This document shows, in pieces, positions 51,851 to 64,000 of a stretch of 64,000 bases of DNA. The translations under genes and the position numbers were made by a program. Below the pieces are notes generated by a model. It was not told the origin of the DNA and searched no databases. It worked only from the letters and a program-made list of their open reading frames with translations. The stretch lies in contig NC_058368.1 in the NCBI RefSeq assembly GCF_018350175.1, positions 159,342,001 through 159,406,000 of the forward strand. Reading direction: 5' to 3'. This DNA comes from Felis catus (Eukaryota). Position 1 is the stretch's first letter. Each line of letters starts with the position of its first letter.

Positions 51851-53430
51851 GAGTCAGAGAATCTGGGGAGAGAAAACAAGCCAATGTCTAAGAGACTGCT
51901 GAGTAGAATCAAGTCAGACACTTTTCTCAATAAAAATCAGGTATCATTGTTGCCTCAGCCCTAAGATGGAGGACTTCACGAGGTAGTGTTTGATACTGCA
52001 AGTCACTCTTCAAAGAACTCTGCCCTTTAGCAACATGGAGTTGAAGAAGTGCAAACGTTTTTCATCGGCACATAAATGAGATAATACATTACAGATGCCA
52101 TTTCAGTTTAGTTAAGAACAAAATTCTGGAAACAAGTGCATGAAGTCCCATTTCTGATGAGATTTAAAAGCTAGTGTTCTTGTTCTTGTTGTTTTTCCAC
52201 TAAATATACATTTTAATAAGTTTAAATCCTATGGACATTAAGGTTTAAAATGAATTAGTCTCAATATGAAGATGGTTTTAGGAGTCACCTTGATTTTATA
52301 GACAGCATTATCTAAAATTTCAAGATAATTTTTGCTGTTTTCTTAACCAGTTCTAACTTCAACAGAAGCTGAAAACGATCAAGAATCACTCTGTTTTTAT
52401 CCTGGTTCCTCCTCACTCTAAACTGCAACAAACTACAGACATTTTTGCAACTCTAGTGTATTGTGCATGGTTTTAAGCCACACAAAAATAGAAAGTGTTA
52501 GTTAATAAAGATCATAAAAAGCACAGAAGAGTTTGGTTACTTTCTGGAAAATGTGCAGAAAGGTGTTCTTCAAAATATAGCATTTAAGGCAAAACATTTA
52601 CACAAACCAGCTCTGATTTGATCTCTGTCAGAAACATTGTGTCATCTCTTTGATTTTTATTTGCTAGAATAAATTTCACTGAACAAAATATATGAGTAGC
52701 AGTAATTTCCTCAGGAACATTGTTATTTGAGAAAAGCATAACCACAAAAGGACTGAATAAATACACAATAATCAAACCCAAGCTGATTACATTTAAATAA
52801 ATTTGTTAAATTATCTCACTTTTAAATTAACTGAAAACTCAAAAAATACCTATATGAAAATCAAGATTTTAAAAATAAGGACATCTTTTCATTAACTTAA
52901 ATTTATCAGCTTGCCAAAACAGTGAAAATATTAGACAGTAAGCAAATTTTATCTGAAGCTTATATCTCTGGACTCTGTCCAAGAATATAAATCCAATTAA
53001 TTATTACCGTTTGTGCACAACATCACTACTTATTTCTTAGGCCATGAATAAATTGCAGGGTGGGAGTAGGGTTGAGTTCACCCGTGATCCACAAGAACTC
53101 TTTGGAAATATCAAGGAACTAAACATTGTATTTCCTTGGCCTTTCTGCTCTGGTCAGAAGAGAGAATACCTCTGTTTTGCCTCTGGTTTAGGCTGAGCAT
53201 TGAGAAGAATATAAAGCATTCTGAAGCAGCTCTTTGGAGCAAAACTAGAACTTTTCTCTGTAGAGTGACAAAAAGGTCGTGGCATCTATACTAAAGGATC
53301 ATAGTCTCTAAATAGCCCTTTAAAGGAAGCCTAGCCTTCCTGGATAACTTGTAAGGAGGTAACATGTGCCGCTTGACATCTTGCTTAATCTTTTATAAAC
53401 CCTGAATGTGAAGAGTGAAGAGGAGAGATG

Positions 53431-53431
<1 letters not shown>

Positions 53432-53488
<57 letters not shown>

Positions 53489-53520
53489 AAACTATGTATA
53501 TGTATATATGTATATATATG
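53432..53520. repeat. (A)n(TA)n low-complexity tract
   Basis: Read directly from the sequence. Confidence 0.95.
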
Positions 53521-54100
53521 ACATCCCATATTCCAGGCTTATATATCCAACTGCAGCCTGCTGGACATCTCCACATGAGTGTCTAATTGACACTGAAACC
53601 TGAAATAGCCCAAACTGAACTCTTAGGCTGGACATCTCAACCTCATTTGATGGCAACTCTATTTTCCAATTGCTCAGGTCAAAATCATTATAGACATCCA
53701 TGACTCCTTTCAATCTCCCATATCCTAACAAAGCCTGGTAGCTCAGACTTTGAAACATTCAGAACGTATCACTCTGCTACCCACTGCTACCATGGTGGTG
53801 GAAGTTATTTTGTACTCTTGCTTGGATTACAATGGCAATTTCTAATTGTCTCTTTAACACTTGCTTCCTACATCTATTCTCAATCAACCAGTAAACAGGA
53901 AAGTTCTAAAATGTGACTCAGGCCATGACAGAATTCTGCTCAAATTCCTTTAATATTTCACTGCTTCTATCTGAACAAGTCAAGGTTCCTAAGGTGGCCT
54001 ACAGCCCTACATCTTCTGCCTGCTATGTGATGACTTCCTAGTCTATTTCTCCAACTCTCCTCTGATGTCCACATCAGTATTTCTAAAAGGTTCCTAGATA
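53520..54100 (+). mobile_element. L2 fragment
   Basis: atatatccaactgcagcctgctggacatctccacatga...ccaattgctcaggtcaaaa...catccatgactcctt. Confidence 0.85.
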
Positions 54101-55429
54101 TGTCCATGTGCAGGTCCTACTTAAATAATGAATGCTATAAAACACACTTAACTCCATACTACCAACATCAGCCTCAGGTTTGGTTACTCTGTCACAGTGT
54201 CACCCTACTCCTAAGGACAGAAGTCATTGTGTCAGCTCAGCTTCTTCCCTGTTATGCACAATTTACAAATTTACCACTGAGCTTCTTGTGTCTGCATTCT
54301 TTTTGCATCTTAATGGCAAGTATTTCAGATAAGACTTTGGTAATTTCTTTCATGGAAAATTACAGTAATCTCTGAAATACCTTGGAAAAACATTGCTTGT
54401 CAATTTTAATCTTTCAACTCTATTACTATATTCCCAGAATGATGATTTTTAAAGCACCAATCTAACTGTATCATTTCATTTTTTGTTTAAAAGTTTTTGA
54501 TGACTCTTGGTCTTTTAAAGAATATATTTTCAATTCATTATTGTGGCATAGAAGACCTTTCCTTTCTGACCACAGCCTTTCCTTTTCAGGCACTCTTCAG
54601 TTTAATTCACTTATCAATTTATTTAATGTATGCTAGAGGGGCTACTCTATGCCATACCCTATGCTAAGTACTAACTATTACTTAAGAGTATCTTTCTTTT
54701 CTGACATAGGCCTAAAGTAAATTCTTAATATATTATTAAAATATATCAATTCTTAATATATTATATTAATAAATATAATTATTATATATTATATATATAA
54801 TATTAATATATATTAATTACTAATGTATATATATATAAAACTATTATAGTCATATATATAACAAATCAAAAGGTTTTCTACTATTCATAATAATGAATAA
54901 CATCATATTTTAACTATGTTGATGTGATTGAAAAAAATCACACCTTCCTCGCCCCATTATTACCTTCCAGGTGCAGAAATATTTGGTCGTGGTGAAACTT
55001 GATCGTAACACCTAGCTCATTTGAAATGTATTTGATTATTATATCCCACTCCATACTCTGATAATATCAACATAACAACCTAAGCATTACTCAGTTTGTT
55101 GAAATGTGTGTATTTTATTTTTATGAAATCATATAGATCTTAATTTGATTATCTAATAATGATAAAAAGTAATAATCTTTGAATCCTATTTCCTATGAAA
55201 AGAAAAGTAGTAATTTTAAGTTTTCGTATGTGAGGGTAGGAGGCATGTTTCAGCATTATAAAGAGGAATTTTATGAAGGACTTCTCAGAACAAGTAAGCA
55301 GTTGTGAAAAAGACAGATACATATTCTTATACAACTTTTTGTTTAGCTGAAATGATAGAAACAACAAGCAAACAAATACATGTTTAACTGCACAGAATAA
55401 CTAGGAAAAAAATAGGTAGAGTCCTAGTT

Positions 55430-55870
55430 AAATGGGGTGGTCAGAGAAGCCCTCTCTGAGGAAGAGTTTGAGTTCAGACCTGAGAAGGAGCCATGGAGAA
55501 GGAGCCATGTGAAGAATGAATAGGTAAGCATTCAGGACACAGGGAACAGTACTTTGTTGGAACGAGTTTTTATACTCAAGACTCTAAGAAAGTTTCTATA
55601 GCTGGGGCACAGTGTATTGAAATGAATTTGGAAACAAAGATGGACACTGGATAAGAAAAAAACCTAGAGAGCCTTGTTAAGGAGTCTGCATTTTATTCTT
55701 GGTACTGTGGGAAGCCTCCAGAAGGATTCCTGAAAGGGAATTATTTAAGTCAAATATTTAAACAATATGATTCTAAATTCTGCGTGAAAACAGATTGTAA
55801 AGAGACAAGGGTGAAAGCAGAGAGACCACTATAAGATGTCTATAAGATTATTTACAAGTGGGGGTGTCAA
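55430..55870 (-). mobile_element. L2 fragment
   Basis: ggtggtcagagaagccctctctgaggaag...gccttgttaaggagtctgcattttattct...gaagcagagagacca. Confidence 0.85.
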
Positions 55871-55905
55871 ATGGACTGCTGGATATTCATGTCTGGTATT
55901 ATAGG

Positions 55906-56300
55906 ATATATTAGTCTGCTTGAGCTGCCCTAATAAAATGCCATAGATGAGGTGGATTCCACAATAGAAGTCTAACTGATTATAGTTCTAGGGGTTGGGA
56001 AGTCTGAGATTATGGTGCCAGTAGGCAGATTTGTTTCTAAGGCCTCTTCTCTTGCTCTTTAGGTGGGTGCCATCTGGCTGTATGCTCACATAACCTTGTG
56101 TGTACAAAGAGAAAGAGTAAACTCTCTGGTGTCTCTTCTTATAGGGGCACTAATTCCATGGGACCAGGGCCACACCTTCATGACCTCATCTACCCCTAAT
56201 TACCTCCAAAGGTTTCAACTGCAAATACCATCATATTGGGGATTATACCTTCCACATATGAATTTGGGTAGGGAGGGGGACACTATTCAGACCATAATAC
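55906..56300 (-). mobile_element. MaLR solo LTR (MLT1A-like)
   Basis: tattagtctgcttgagctgcc...ttcatgacctcatctacccctaattacctcc...cactattcagaccataa. Confidence 0.9.
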
Positions 56301-56489
56301 AGGTCTGGCTAAACACCTGAAATTAGGCAAGACATTTCTTTTTTTATAAGAAAATTCAGACTGTAGGATGAATGAGGTTTCCAAGGGTGAGAACACTAGG
56401 GCTTTCATTTTATAACTTTATGATTTTACATAAACTCTTTCTTCCATAGAACTTAAATCTGCTTTCTACTTTGGCTTCCGTTAAAGATA

Positions 56490-56930
56490 TTCTTATCCTT
56501 TACTGAGTACTACCCATGTGCCAGGCACTTTATATACATTAGCTGTAATCACAACTTTGTTGGGTAGGCATTATTTATTTATTTATTTATTTAATTTTTT
56601 TTTAACGTTTATTTATTTTTGAGACAGAGAGAGACAGAGCATAAATGGGGGAGGGGCAGAGAGAGAGGGAGACACAGAATTGGAAGCAGGCTCCAGGCTC
56701 TGAGCCTTCAGCCCAGAGCTCGACGCGGGGCTCTAACTCATGGACCGTGAGATCATGACCTGAGCCGAAGTCGGACGCTTAACGACTGAGCCACCCAGGC
56801 ACCCCTGTTGGGTAGGCATTATTATCTTCATTGCACAAGTGAGGACCATGAAGCCTAGACATATGAATAACTTGACCATAGTCCCATAACCAGGATTCAA
56901 GCTCTGCTTTAAAGGACTCTAAATTCCTCC
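56490..56930 (-). mobile_element. MIR split by a SINEC
   Basis: tttactgagtactacccatgtgccaggcact...gtaggcattattatcttcattgcacaagtgagga. Confidence 0.75.
56576..56805 (-). mobile_element. Young Felidae SINEC
   Basis: Perfect 18-bp TSD tgttgggtaggcattatt (56558-56575, 56806-56823). Confidence 0.97.
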
Positions 56931-58409
56931 ATTTCATCTATCTTCCTTGATTCCCTAAACCATTCCCACAAACCTCTAATCAGGTGGTGCTGTCTGCTAA
57001 CAAATATTACTCACAATTTTTTTCTCAAGCTTCCTGAGTGAATTTAACTCTCATTTGTATTTATGTAACATTTTGACACATCTCCATTTAATAGGTTTCC
57101 TGTGTATTTCAACTAACCTTGAGAATGACTAAGTCATGTGGTATAGTTTTGTACCACTCCCACCAGAGTGAAAGCAGGCATGCAGTAAATGAAATAAGTA
57201 TCCCAAACAAAATTAATATTTAAAACTTGCAAATGAATTTTTGAGAAGATAACTTATCTGTGCAACATTTTCATTTGATTTTATTTCATTTACTCTTCAT
57301 AAGCTCTGCTTTTTACTTTTTAATTATAATTTTAAAAATTTATCAAAATAAATACTACTTTTGCCTATAGAATTTTGAATTTGACTGTAGAATAGGAATT
57401 TCTCCAAATGTCCAAAATTTATCAAAATGAAATGGATATGACAGTTACAAGCCTAAAAACTTGATTTACCATTTCTTCAATTTCATCATCTCTAAAATAG
57501 TAATGACAATATATATTCCTAAACAATTTGGCAAATTTCTTGAGCTGTACGTTAATCCAACAAGGGCAATTACTATTAATGACCACGAAAATAATTAAGT
57601 GTAGGCAAATTCTTCATTTGTGTAGGGCTTGCATTTCTATTATACATACACATCAGTTCAGCATTAAAACCCAAAAAAAGCATCCTAGTGTTTTCAAACT
57701 TCTGAATTTATGTATAAAGCTGATTTTTACTTTGAAAAAAAAAAAAAAGAATGCTCAGAGCTTCCAACAAAACTGAGCACCAAACAAATATTCCTCCAAT
57801 AATCTCTCTCAAATGAGATAATGTGATATGGAGAAAAGAGCAATAGAGTGATAAGCAGAACTCTATTCTATAGCCCTGATGCTGTAATATCTTTTTTATT
57901 TGTCTCAATTTCTCTATGGCTCAATTTCTTCACCAGCAAATAATTTAATTGTGTTAAATCTTAAACATCTTAAAGTTCTGAGATTCTAATGTTCTGTGAT
58001 TATTCTTTTGAAGGGGAAGCTCAAATATCCCAACCATTTCTTCAATACAGTGATTCAGCTTCAACCTAATACCCTTTATAGACCTTTATAATAATTAAGT
58101 AATTCATAAGTGGCTTTATAGCTACGGTAGAATTATTTAAAATGAGGTATTCTGTGTTCACATTGCCATTTTTTCCATATTTGTGTGAGTCACTTGGACT
58201 TTCTGTCTAGTATAATATTTTCTTATCTTTAAAATAGAGATTATTGTGAGATTAAAGGAGTTTGTCCACACAAATTCTACCTACAACAAGTAGTATTTGA
58301 CACAGAGTGAACACTCAACTAATGACAACCATTTTATCCCTCATCAGTTGCCAAATACTATTTCCAAACATCCTTTCTTCCATTCAGCCTCATGATAAAA
58401 ATAGTATGT

Positions 58410-58557
58410 TGTTTTTTGGTTTTGTTTTATTTTTTTAAGTAGGCTTCACACCCAGTGTAGAGCCCAGTGAGGGGCTTGAATTCACAATCCTGAGATAAAG
58501 ATATCAGCTGAGATCAAGAGTTGGATGCTTAACCAACTGAGCCGCCCAGGTGTTCCC
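58410..58557 (-). mobile_element. Short Can-SINE (no CT tract)
   Basis: SINEC head. TSD aatagtatgtt / aatactatgtt. Confidence 0.9.
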
Positions 58558-59156
58558 AGAATACTATGTTTTATAAGAGGGAATTGAGGTACCATTCTCT
58601 GTGGCTTTCAAGTTCTTTTTTTTTTATTTTAATTCCTATGTAGTTAACATACAGTGTTATATTAGTTTCAAGTGTACAATATAGTGATTCAAGTTGCATA
58701 TATTACTCAGTGTTCATCCAGATACATGTGCTCTTTATTTCCTATCACCTATTTCACTCATTCCCCTCACCTACCTCCCCTCTGGTAATGATCTATTTGT
58801 TCTCTATAGTTCAGAGTTTGTTTTTTGGTTTGTCTCTCTTTTTCATTTGTTTGTTTTGTTTCTTAAACTCCACGTATGAGTGAAATCATATGGCATTTGT
58901 CTTTCTCTGACTGGCTTATCTTCCTTAGCATTATACTCTCTAAATCCATCCATGTTGTTGCAAATGACAAGATTTTATTCTTTTTTATGGCTGAGTGATA
59001 ATAATCATATATGTATGTATATATGTGTGTATATTATCCATTCATCCAGTCCAGACACTTGGACTGCTTCCGTAGTTTGGCTAATGTAAATAATGCTGCA
59101 ATAAACATAGGGATACATATATCTTTTCAAATTAGTGTTTTGATATTCTTTGGGTA

Positions 59157-59321
59157 GGGGTGCTTGCATGACTCAGTCAATTGAGTGTCTGACTTTGACT
59201 CAGGTCATGATCTCATGTTTTGTGGGTTCGAGCCTTGCCTTGGGCTCTGTGGTAACAGCTTGGAGCCTGGAGTCTGCTTCAGATCAGGGTCTCTCCCTAA
59301 TGCCCCTCCCCCACTCATGCT

Positions 59322-59367
<46 letters not shown>

Positions 59368-59390
59368 AATAAATAAACATTAATTTTTTT
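59157..59390 (+). mobile_element. Can-SINE nested in L1
   Basis: TSD attctttgggta (59145-59156, 59397-59408). Confidence 0.95.
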
Positions 59391-59932
59391 TTAAAAATTC
59401 TTTGGGTAAATACTCAGTAGTGTGATTCCTGGATCATAGGGTAGTTCTATTTTGAATTTTTGAGGAACCACCATACTGCCTTCCTCATTGGCTGCACCAG
59501 TTTGCATTCACACCAACAATATATGAGGGTTCCTATTCTCCACATCCTCACCAACACTTGTTGTTTCTTAAGTTTTTTTTTTTTTATTTTAGCCATTCTG
59601 ATAGGTGTGAGGTGATATCTTATTGTTGTTCTGCTTTGCATTCCCCTGATGATGATGAGTGATGTCAAGCATCTTTTCATGTGTCTGTTGGCCATCTTTA
59701 CTCTTCTTTGGAGAAATGTCTGTTCAAGTCTTCTGCTCATTTTTAATTGGGTTACTTGTTTTGGGGGTATTGAGTTGTATAAGTGTTTTATATATTGAAG
59801 ATACTAACCATTTATTAGATATGTCATTTACAAATGTCTTCTATTCAGGAGGTTGCCAGTTAACTTTTGTTCGTTATTTTCTTTGCTGTGCAGGAAGTTT
59901 TTATTTTGATTTAGTCCCAATAGTTTATTTTT

Positions 59933-60177
59933 TTAAATTTTTTTAAAGAATACATCTTTTTTTTTTCAATTTCTTTAATGTTTATTGATTTTTGAGAGAG
60001 AGAGACAGAGTGCAAGCAAGAGAGGGGCAGAGAGAGAGGGAGACACAGAATCCGAAACAGGCTCCAGACTCTGAGCTGTCAGCACAGAGCCCAACGCGGG
60101 GCTGGAACCCGCAAACCGTGAGATCATGACCTGAGCCAAAGTCAGACGCTTAACCGACTGAGCCACCCAACCGCACT
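59933..60177 (-). mobile_element. Can-SINE nested in L1
   Basis: TSD gtcccaa(t/c)agtttattttt (59914-59932, 60178-60196). Confidence 0.96.
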
Positions 60178-63100
60178 GTCCCAACAGTTTATTTTTGCTT
60201 TTGTTTCCCTTGCATCAGGAGACATATCTAGGAAAAAGTTTCTACAGCCTGTGTCAGAGAAATTGTTTCCTGTTCTCTCTTCTTGGGTTTTTATGGTTCC
60301 AGGTCTTACATTCAGGTCCTTAATCCATTTTGAGTTTATTTTTGTGTATGATATAAAAAGTGGTCCAGTTCCATTTTTTTGCATGTTGCTCTCCAGCTTC
60401 CCCAACACCATTTGTTGAAGAGACTGGTGTTTTTATTTTCCCATTGCATATTCTTTCCTGCTTTTTTGAAGATTAATTGACCATAGAATCATGGATTTAT
60501 TTCTGGGCTCTCTATTCTGTTCTATTGGTCTATGGGTTTATTTTTGTGTCAGTAGCATACTGTTTTGATTGCTACAGCTTTATAGTATAACTTGAAACCT
60601 GGAATTGCGATCCCCTCATTTTGTTTTTCTTTTTCAAGATTCCTTTGGCTATTTGGGATCTTTTGTGGTTCCATACACACTTTAACATTATTTGTTCCAG
60701 TTCCATGAAAAATGCTGTTGGTATTTTCATGGGGACTACATTAAATGTATAGATTTTTCTGGGTAGTATAGACATTTTAACAATATTTGTTTTTACAACC
60801 CATGAGCATATGAATGCCTTTACATTTCTTTGTGTTGTCTTCAATTTCTTTCATTAGAGTTTTATAGTTTTATTTTATTTTATAGTTTTATTTTAGTTTA
60901 TAGTTTTATTTTAGTTTATTAGTGTACAGGTCTTTCACCTGTACACTGGTTAAGGTTATTCCTAGGTTTTTTTTTTTTTTTTTGGTGCAGTTATAAATGG
61001 GACTGTTTTCTTAATTTATTTTCTGCTGTTTCATTATTAGTGTGCGGAAGTGCGGTGGATTTCTGTATATTGATTTTGTACCCTGAAACTTTATGGAATT
61101 CATCTATCAGTTCTAGTAGTGTTCTGGTCAAGTCTTGTGGGTTTTCTGTATATAGTAGCATGTCATCTGCAAATAGTGAAAGTTTTACTTCTTTCTTGCC
61201 AATTTTGATGCCTTTTATTTCTTTTTTATGTCTGATTGCTGTGTCTAAGACTTCTAATTCTATGTTGAGTAAAAGTGATGGGAGTGGACATGCTTATTTT
61301 GTTCTTGACCTGAGGGAAAAAGCTCTCTGTTTTTCCACATTGACTATGATGTTTACTGTGACTTTTTCATATAAGACTTTTATTATGTTGAGGTATACTT
61401 CCTCTAATCCTACTTTCTTTTGGGTTTTTATCAAGAATGGATGTTATATTTTGTCAAATACTTTTTCTGCATCTTTTGAAATGATCATATGGGCTTTTAT
61501 ACTTTCTCTTATTGATGTAATGTATCACAATGATTAATTTGCAAATACTGAACCATGCTTGCATCCCAGGAATAAATCCCACTGATAATGATGAATAAGT
61601 TTTTGAAGTATTGTGGAATTTGGTTTCCTAACATTTTGAGGATTTTTGCATCTATGTTCATCAGAGATCTTGGCATGTAGTTCTCTTCTTTGTATGGTAT
61701 CTTTTTCCAGTTTTGGTATCAGGGTAATGCTGGCCTCATAGAAAGAATTTGGAAATTTTTCCTCTTTTTCTATATTTTGGAATAGTTTGAGAAGAATAGG
61801 TATTAACTCTTCTTTAATGTTTGGTAGAATTTGCCTGTGAAGCCATCTGGTCCTGGACTTTTGTTTGTAGGGAGTTTTTTTTTTTTTTTTTTTTTTTTTT
61901 TAACTGATTCAATTTCATTGCTGGTAATAGATCTGTTCAAATTTTCTGTTTCTTCCTTCTTCAGTTTTAATAGTTTATATGTTTATAGGAATTTATCCAT
62001 TTATCCTAGGTTGTCCAATTTGTTGGCATATAACTTTTCATAATATTGTCTTGTAATTGTTTGCATTTCTGTGGTGTCACTTATTTCTCCTCTTTTATTT
62101 GTGATTTTGTCCGTGTTCTCTTTTTTTATGAGTCTGTCTAGAGGCTTATCAATTTTGTTGATCTTTTCACAGAATTAGCTCTTGGTTTAATTGATCTGTT
62201 CTATTGTTTATTTTAGTTTCTATATTATTTATTTCAGCCCTAATCTTTATTATTTCCTTCCTCCTGCTGGTTTTGAGTTTTGTTTTTTCTTTTTTTTTTC
62301 TAGCTCCTTTAGGTGCAAGGTTACCTTATTTATTTGATATTTTTCTTGTTTCTTAATATGGGCCTGTATTACTATAAACTTCCCTCTTAAAAAGGTTTTG
62401 TTGCATCCCAAAGATTTCGGACTGTTGTGTTCGCATTTTCATTTGTCTCCATGTATTTTTTTTTATTTCTTCTTTGCTTCCTTTGTCAACCCATTCGTTG
62501 TTTAGTAGCATGTTATTTATCCTTCATGTATTTGTGATCTTTCCATATTTTTCCCTTGTAATTGATTTCTAGTTTCATAGCATTGTGGTCAGAAGAAATG
62601 CATGGAATTACTTCAATTTTTTTTCAATTGTTGAGACTTTTTTTGGACTAATATGTAATCTTCTCTGGAGAATATTCCATGTACACTTGACATGAATGTG
62701 TATTCTGCTGTTTAGGATGCAGTGTTCTTAATATATCTGTTAAATCCATCTGGTCTAGTGTGTTCTTGAAAAGTCACTGTTTTCTTGTTTATTTTCTATT
62801 TGGATGATTTGTCCAATTGTCCATTGTAAGTGAGGTGTTAAAGTCCCTTACTGTATCCTATTACTACTGATTAATTTCTTTATGTTTGTTATTAACTGTG
62901 TTATGTATTTGGGTGCTTCCATGTTCAATGCATAAATATTTACAATTGTTATATAGTCTTTTTGGATTGTCCCTTTTATTATTATATAGTGTCTTCCTTT
63001 GTCTCTTGTTTTAGTCTTTGTTTTCAAGTCTGTCTTGTCCAATGTAAGTATTGTCACTCCAGCTTTCTTTTAACATTAATTTGCATGACAAATGTTTCTC

Positions 63101-64000
63101 CATCCCCTCACTTTCAATCTGCATGTATCTTTAGCGCTGAAAGGAGCCTGTTTTAGGCAGCATATAGATGGGTCTTGTTTTTTTTTAATCCATTCTGTCA
63201 CTCTATGTCTTTTGATCAGAATGTTTAGTCCATTTACATTCAAAGTAATTTTTGTTAATTATGTATTTATTTATATTTTGTTACTTGTTTTTGTGGTTGT
63301 TTTATAGTTTTTCTCTGATTCTTCTCTTGCTCTCTTTCATGGTGTGCTGACTTTCTTTAGTGATACTCTTGGATTCCTCTTTTTTCTCTATGTCTATTGC
63401 TGCATTTTGATTTGTGGTTACCATTAGATTTGTATTTAAATATCTTCTGTGTATAGCAGTCTATATTAAATTGATGATCTTGTAAGTTTTAGGTGTATGA
63501 TGTCATATTTTACATCTTTTTTATAGATCAGAAAGGAGTGGCAGGGTATATTCTGACTTATTTTTACAGATATATTTATTTTTATTGCTTATGTGTTTTC
63601 TACTTTTCAAGCTCTTCCTTATTTATGGTCTTTCCTTTCCAGTTAAAGAATCCCCTTTAACATTTCTTGTAAGTCTGGTTTAGTGATCATGAACTCCTTT
63701 AGCTTTTGTTTGTTTGAGAAACTTTTTATCTCTTCTTCTAATCCAATTGATAGTCTTGATGCATGAAATACTCTTGGCTGAAGATGTTTTTTCTTTAAAC
63801 ACTTTGAATATATCCTACCACTCTAGGATTTCTGTTTCTGCAAAGTTTCTGCTGAAAAGTTACCTGATAGCCTTATGGGGTTTTCCTTGTATGTAACTGT
63901 CTTCTTTTATTGCTTTTAAAATTCTCTCTTTATTATTACTTTTTGCCATTTTAATTACTATGTGTCTTGGTGTGGACCTTCTTGTATTGATTTTATTAGG

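Larger units (their letters stand above)
58615..64000 (-). mobile_element. Long degraded carnivore L1 (3'UTR, ORF2, inter-ORF spacer, ORF1 C-terminus); continues past the window
   Basis: Antisense peptides MANRHMKRCLTSL, YTKINSKWIKDLNVRP and the endonuclease segment RDKGRHYIIIKGTIQ. ORF2 starts near 63270 (TLNVNGL) and the ORF1 end lies near 63640-64000. Many stops and frameshifts. Confidence 0.96.

Noticed and set aside
55482..55509. Tandem duplication gagaaggagccatg x2 (similar one at 30805-30838)
   Set aside because: Ordinary slippage duplications.

Overview
This is AT-rich, CpG-depleted mammalian genomic DNA, almost certainly felid, judged from about 18 tRNA-derived carnivore SINEs including young CpG-rich Felidae-type copies. 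It reads as intronic or intergenic: I could not recognise a protein-coding exon or RNA gene, and the listed ORFs are mostly antisense or fragmentary reads of repeats. The repeats form age layers: young SINEC and L1 insertions with intact target-site duplications (TSDs), older L1MA/MC-like LINEs, MaLR LTRs and hAT elements, and ancient MIR, L2, CR1/L3 and mariner fossils. The most notable items are (1) a roughly 1.5 kb CR1 ORF2 fossil still collinear from endonuclease to reverse transcriptase, (2) a 42 bp templated insertion copied from 2 kb away that patches a deletion in an L1, (3) a polyadenylated mRNA 3'-end retrocopy nested in the same L1, (4) an L1 whose 5'UTR is joined directly to the RT domain, and (5) a quasi-palindrome template-switch scar. 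I found no supportable evidence of a new multi-gene system. Repeat family names come from recalled consensus similarity rather than a database search, and boundaries of old repeats are approximate.
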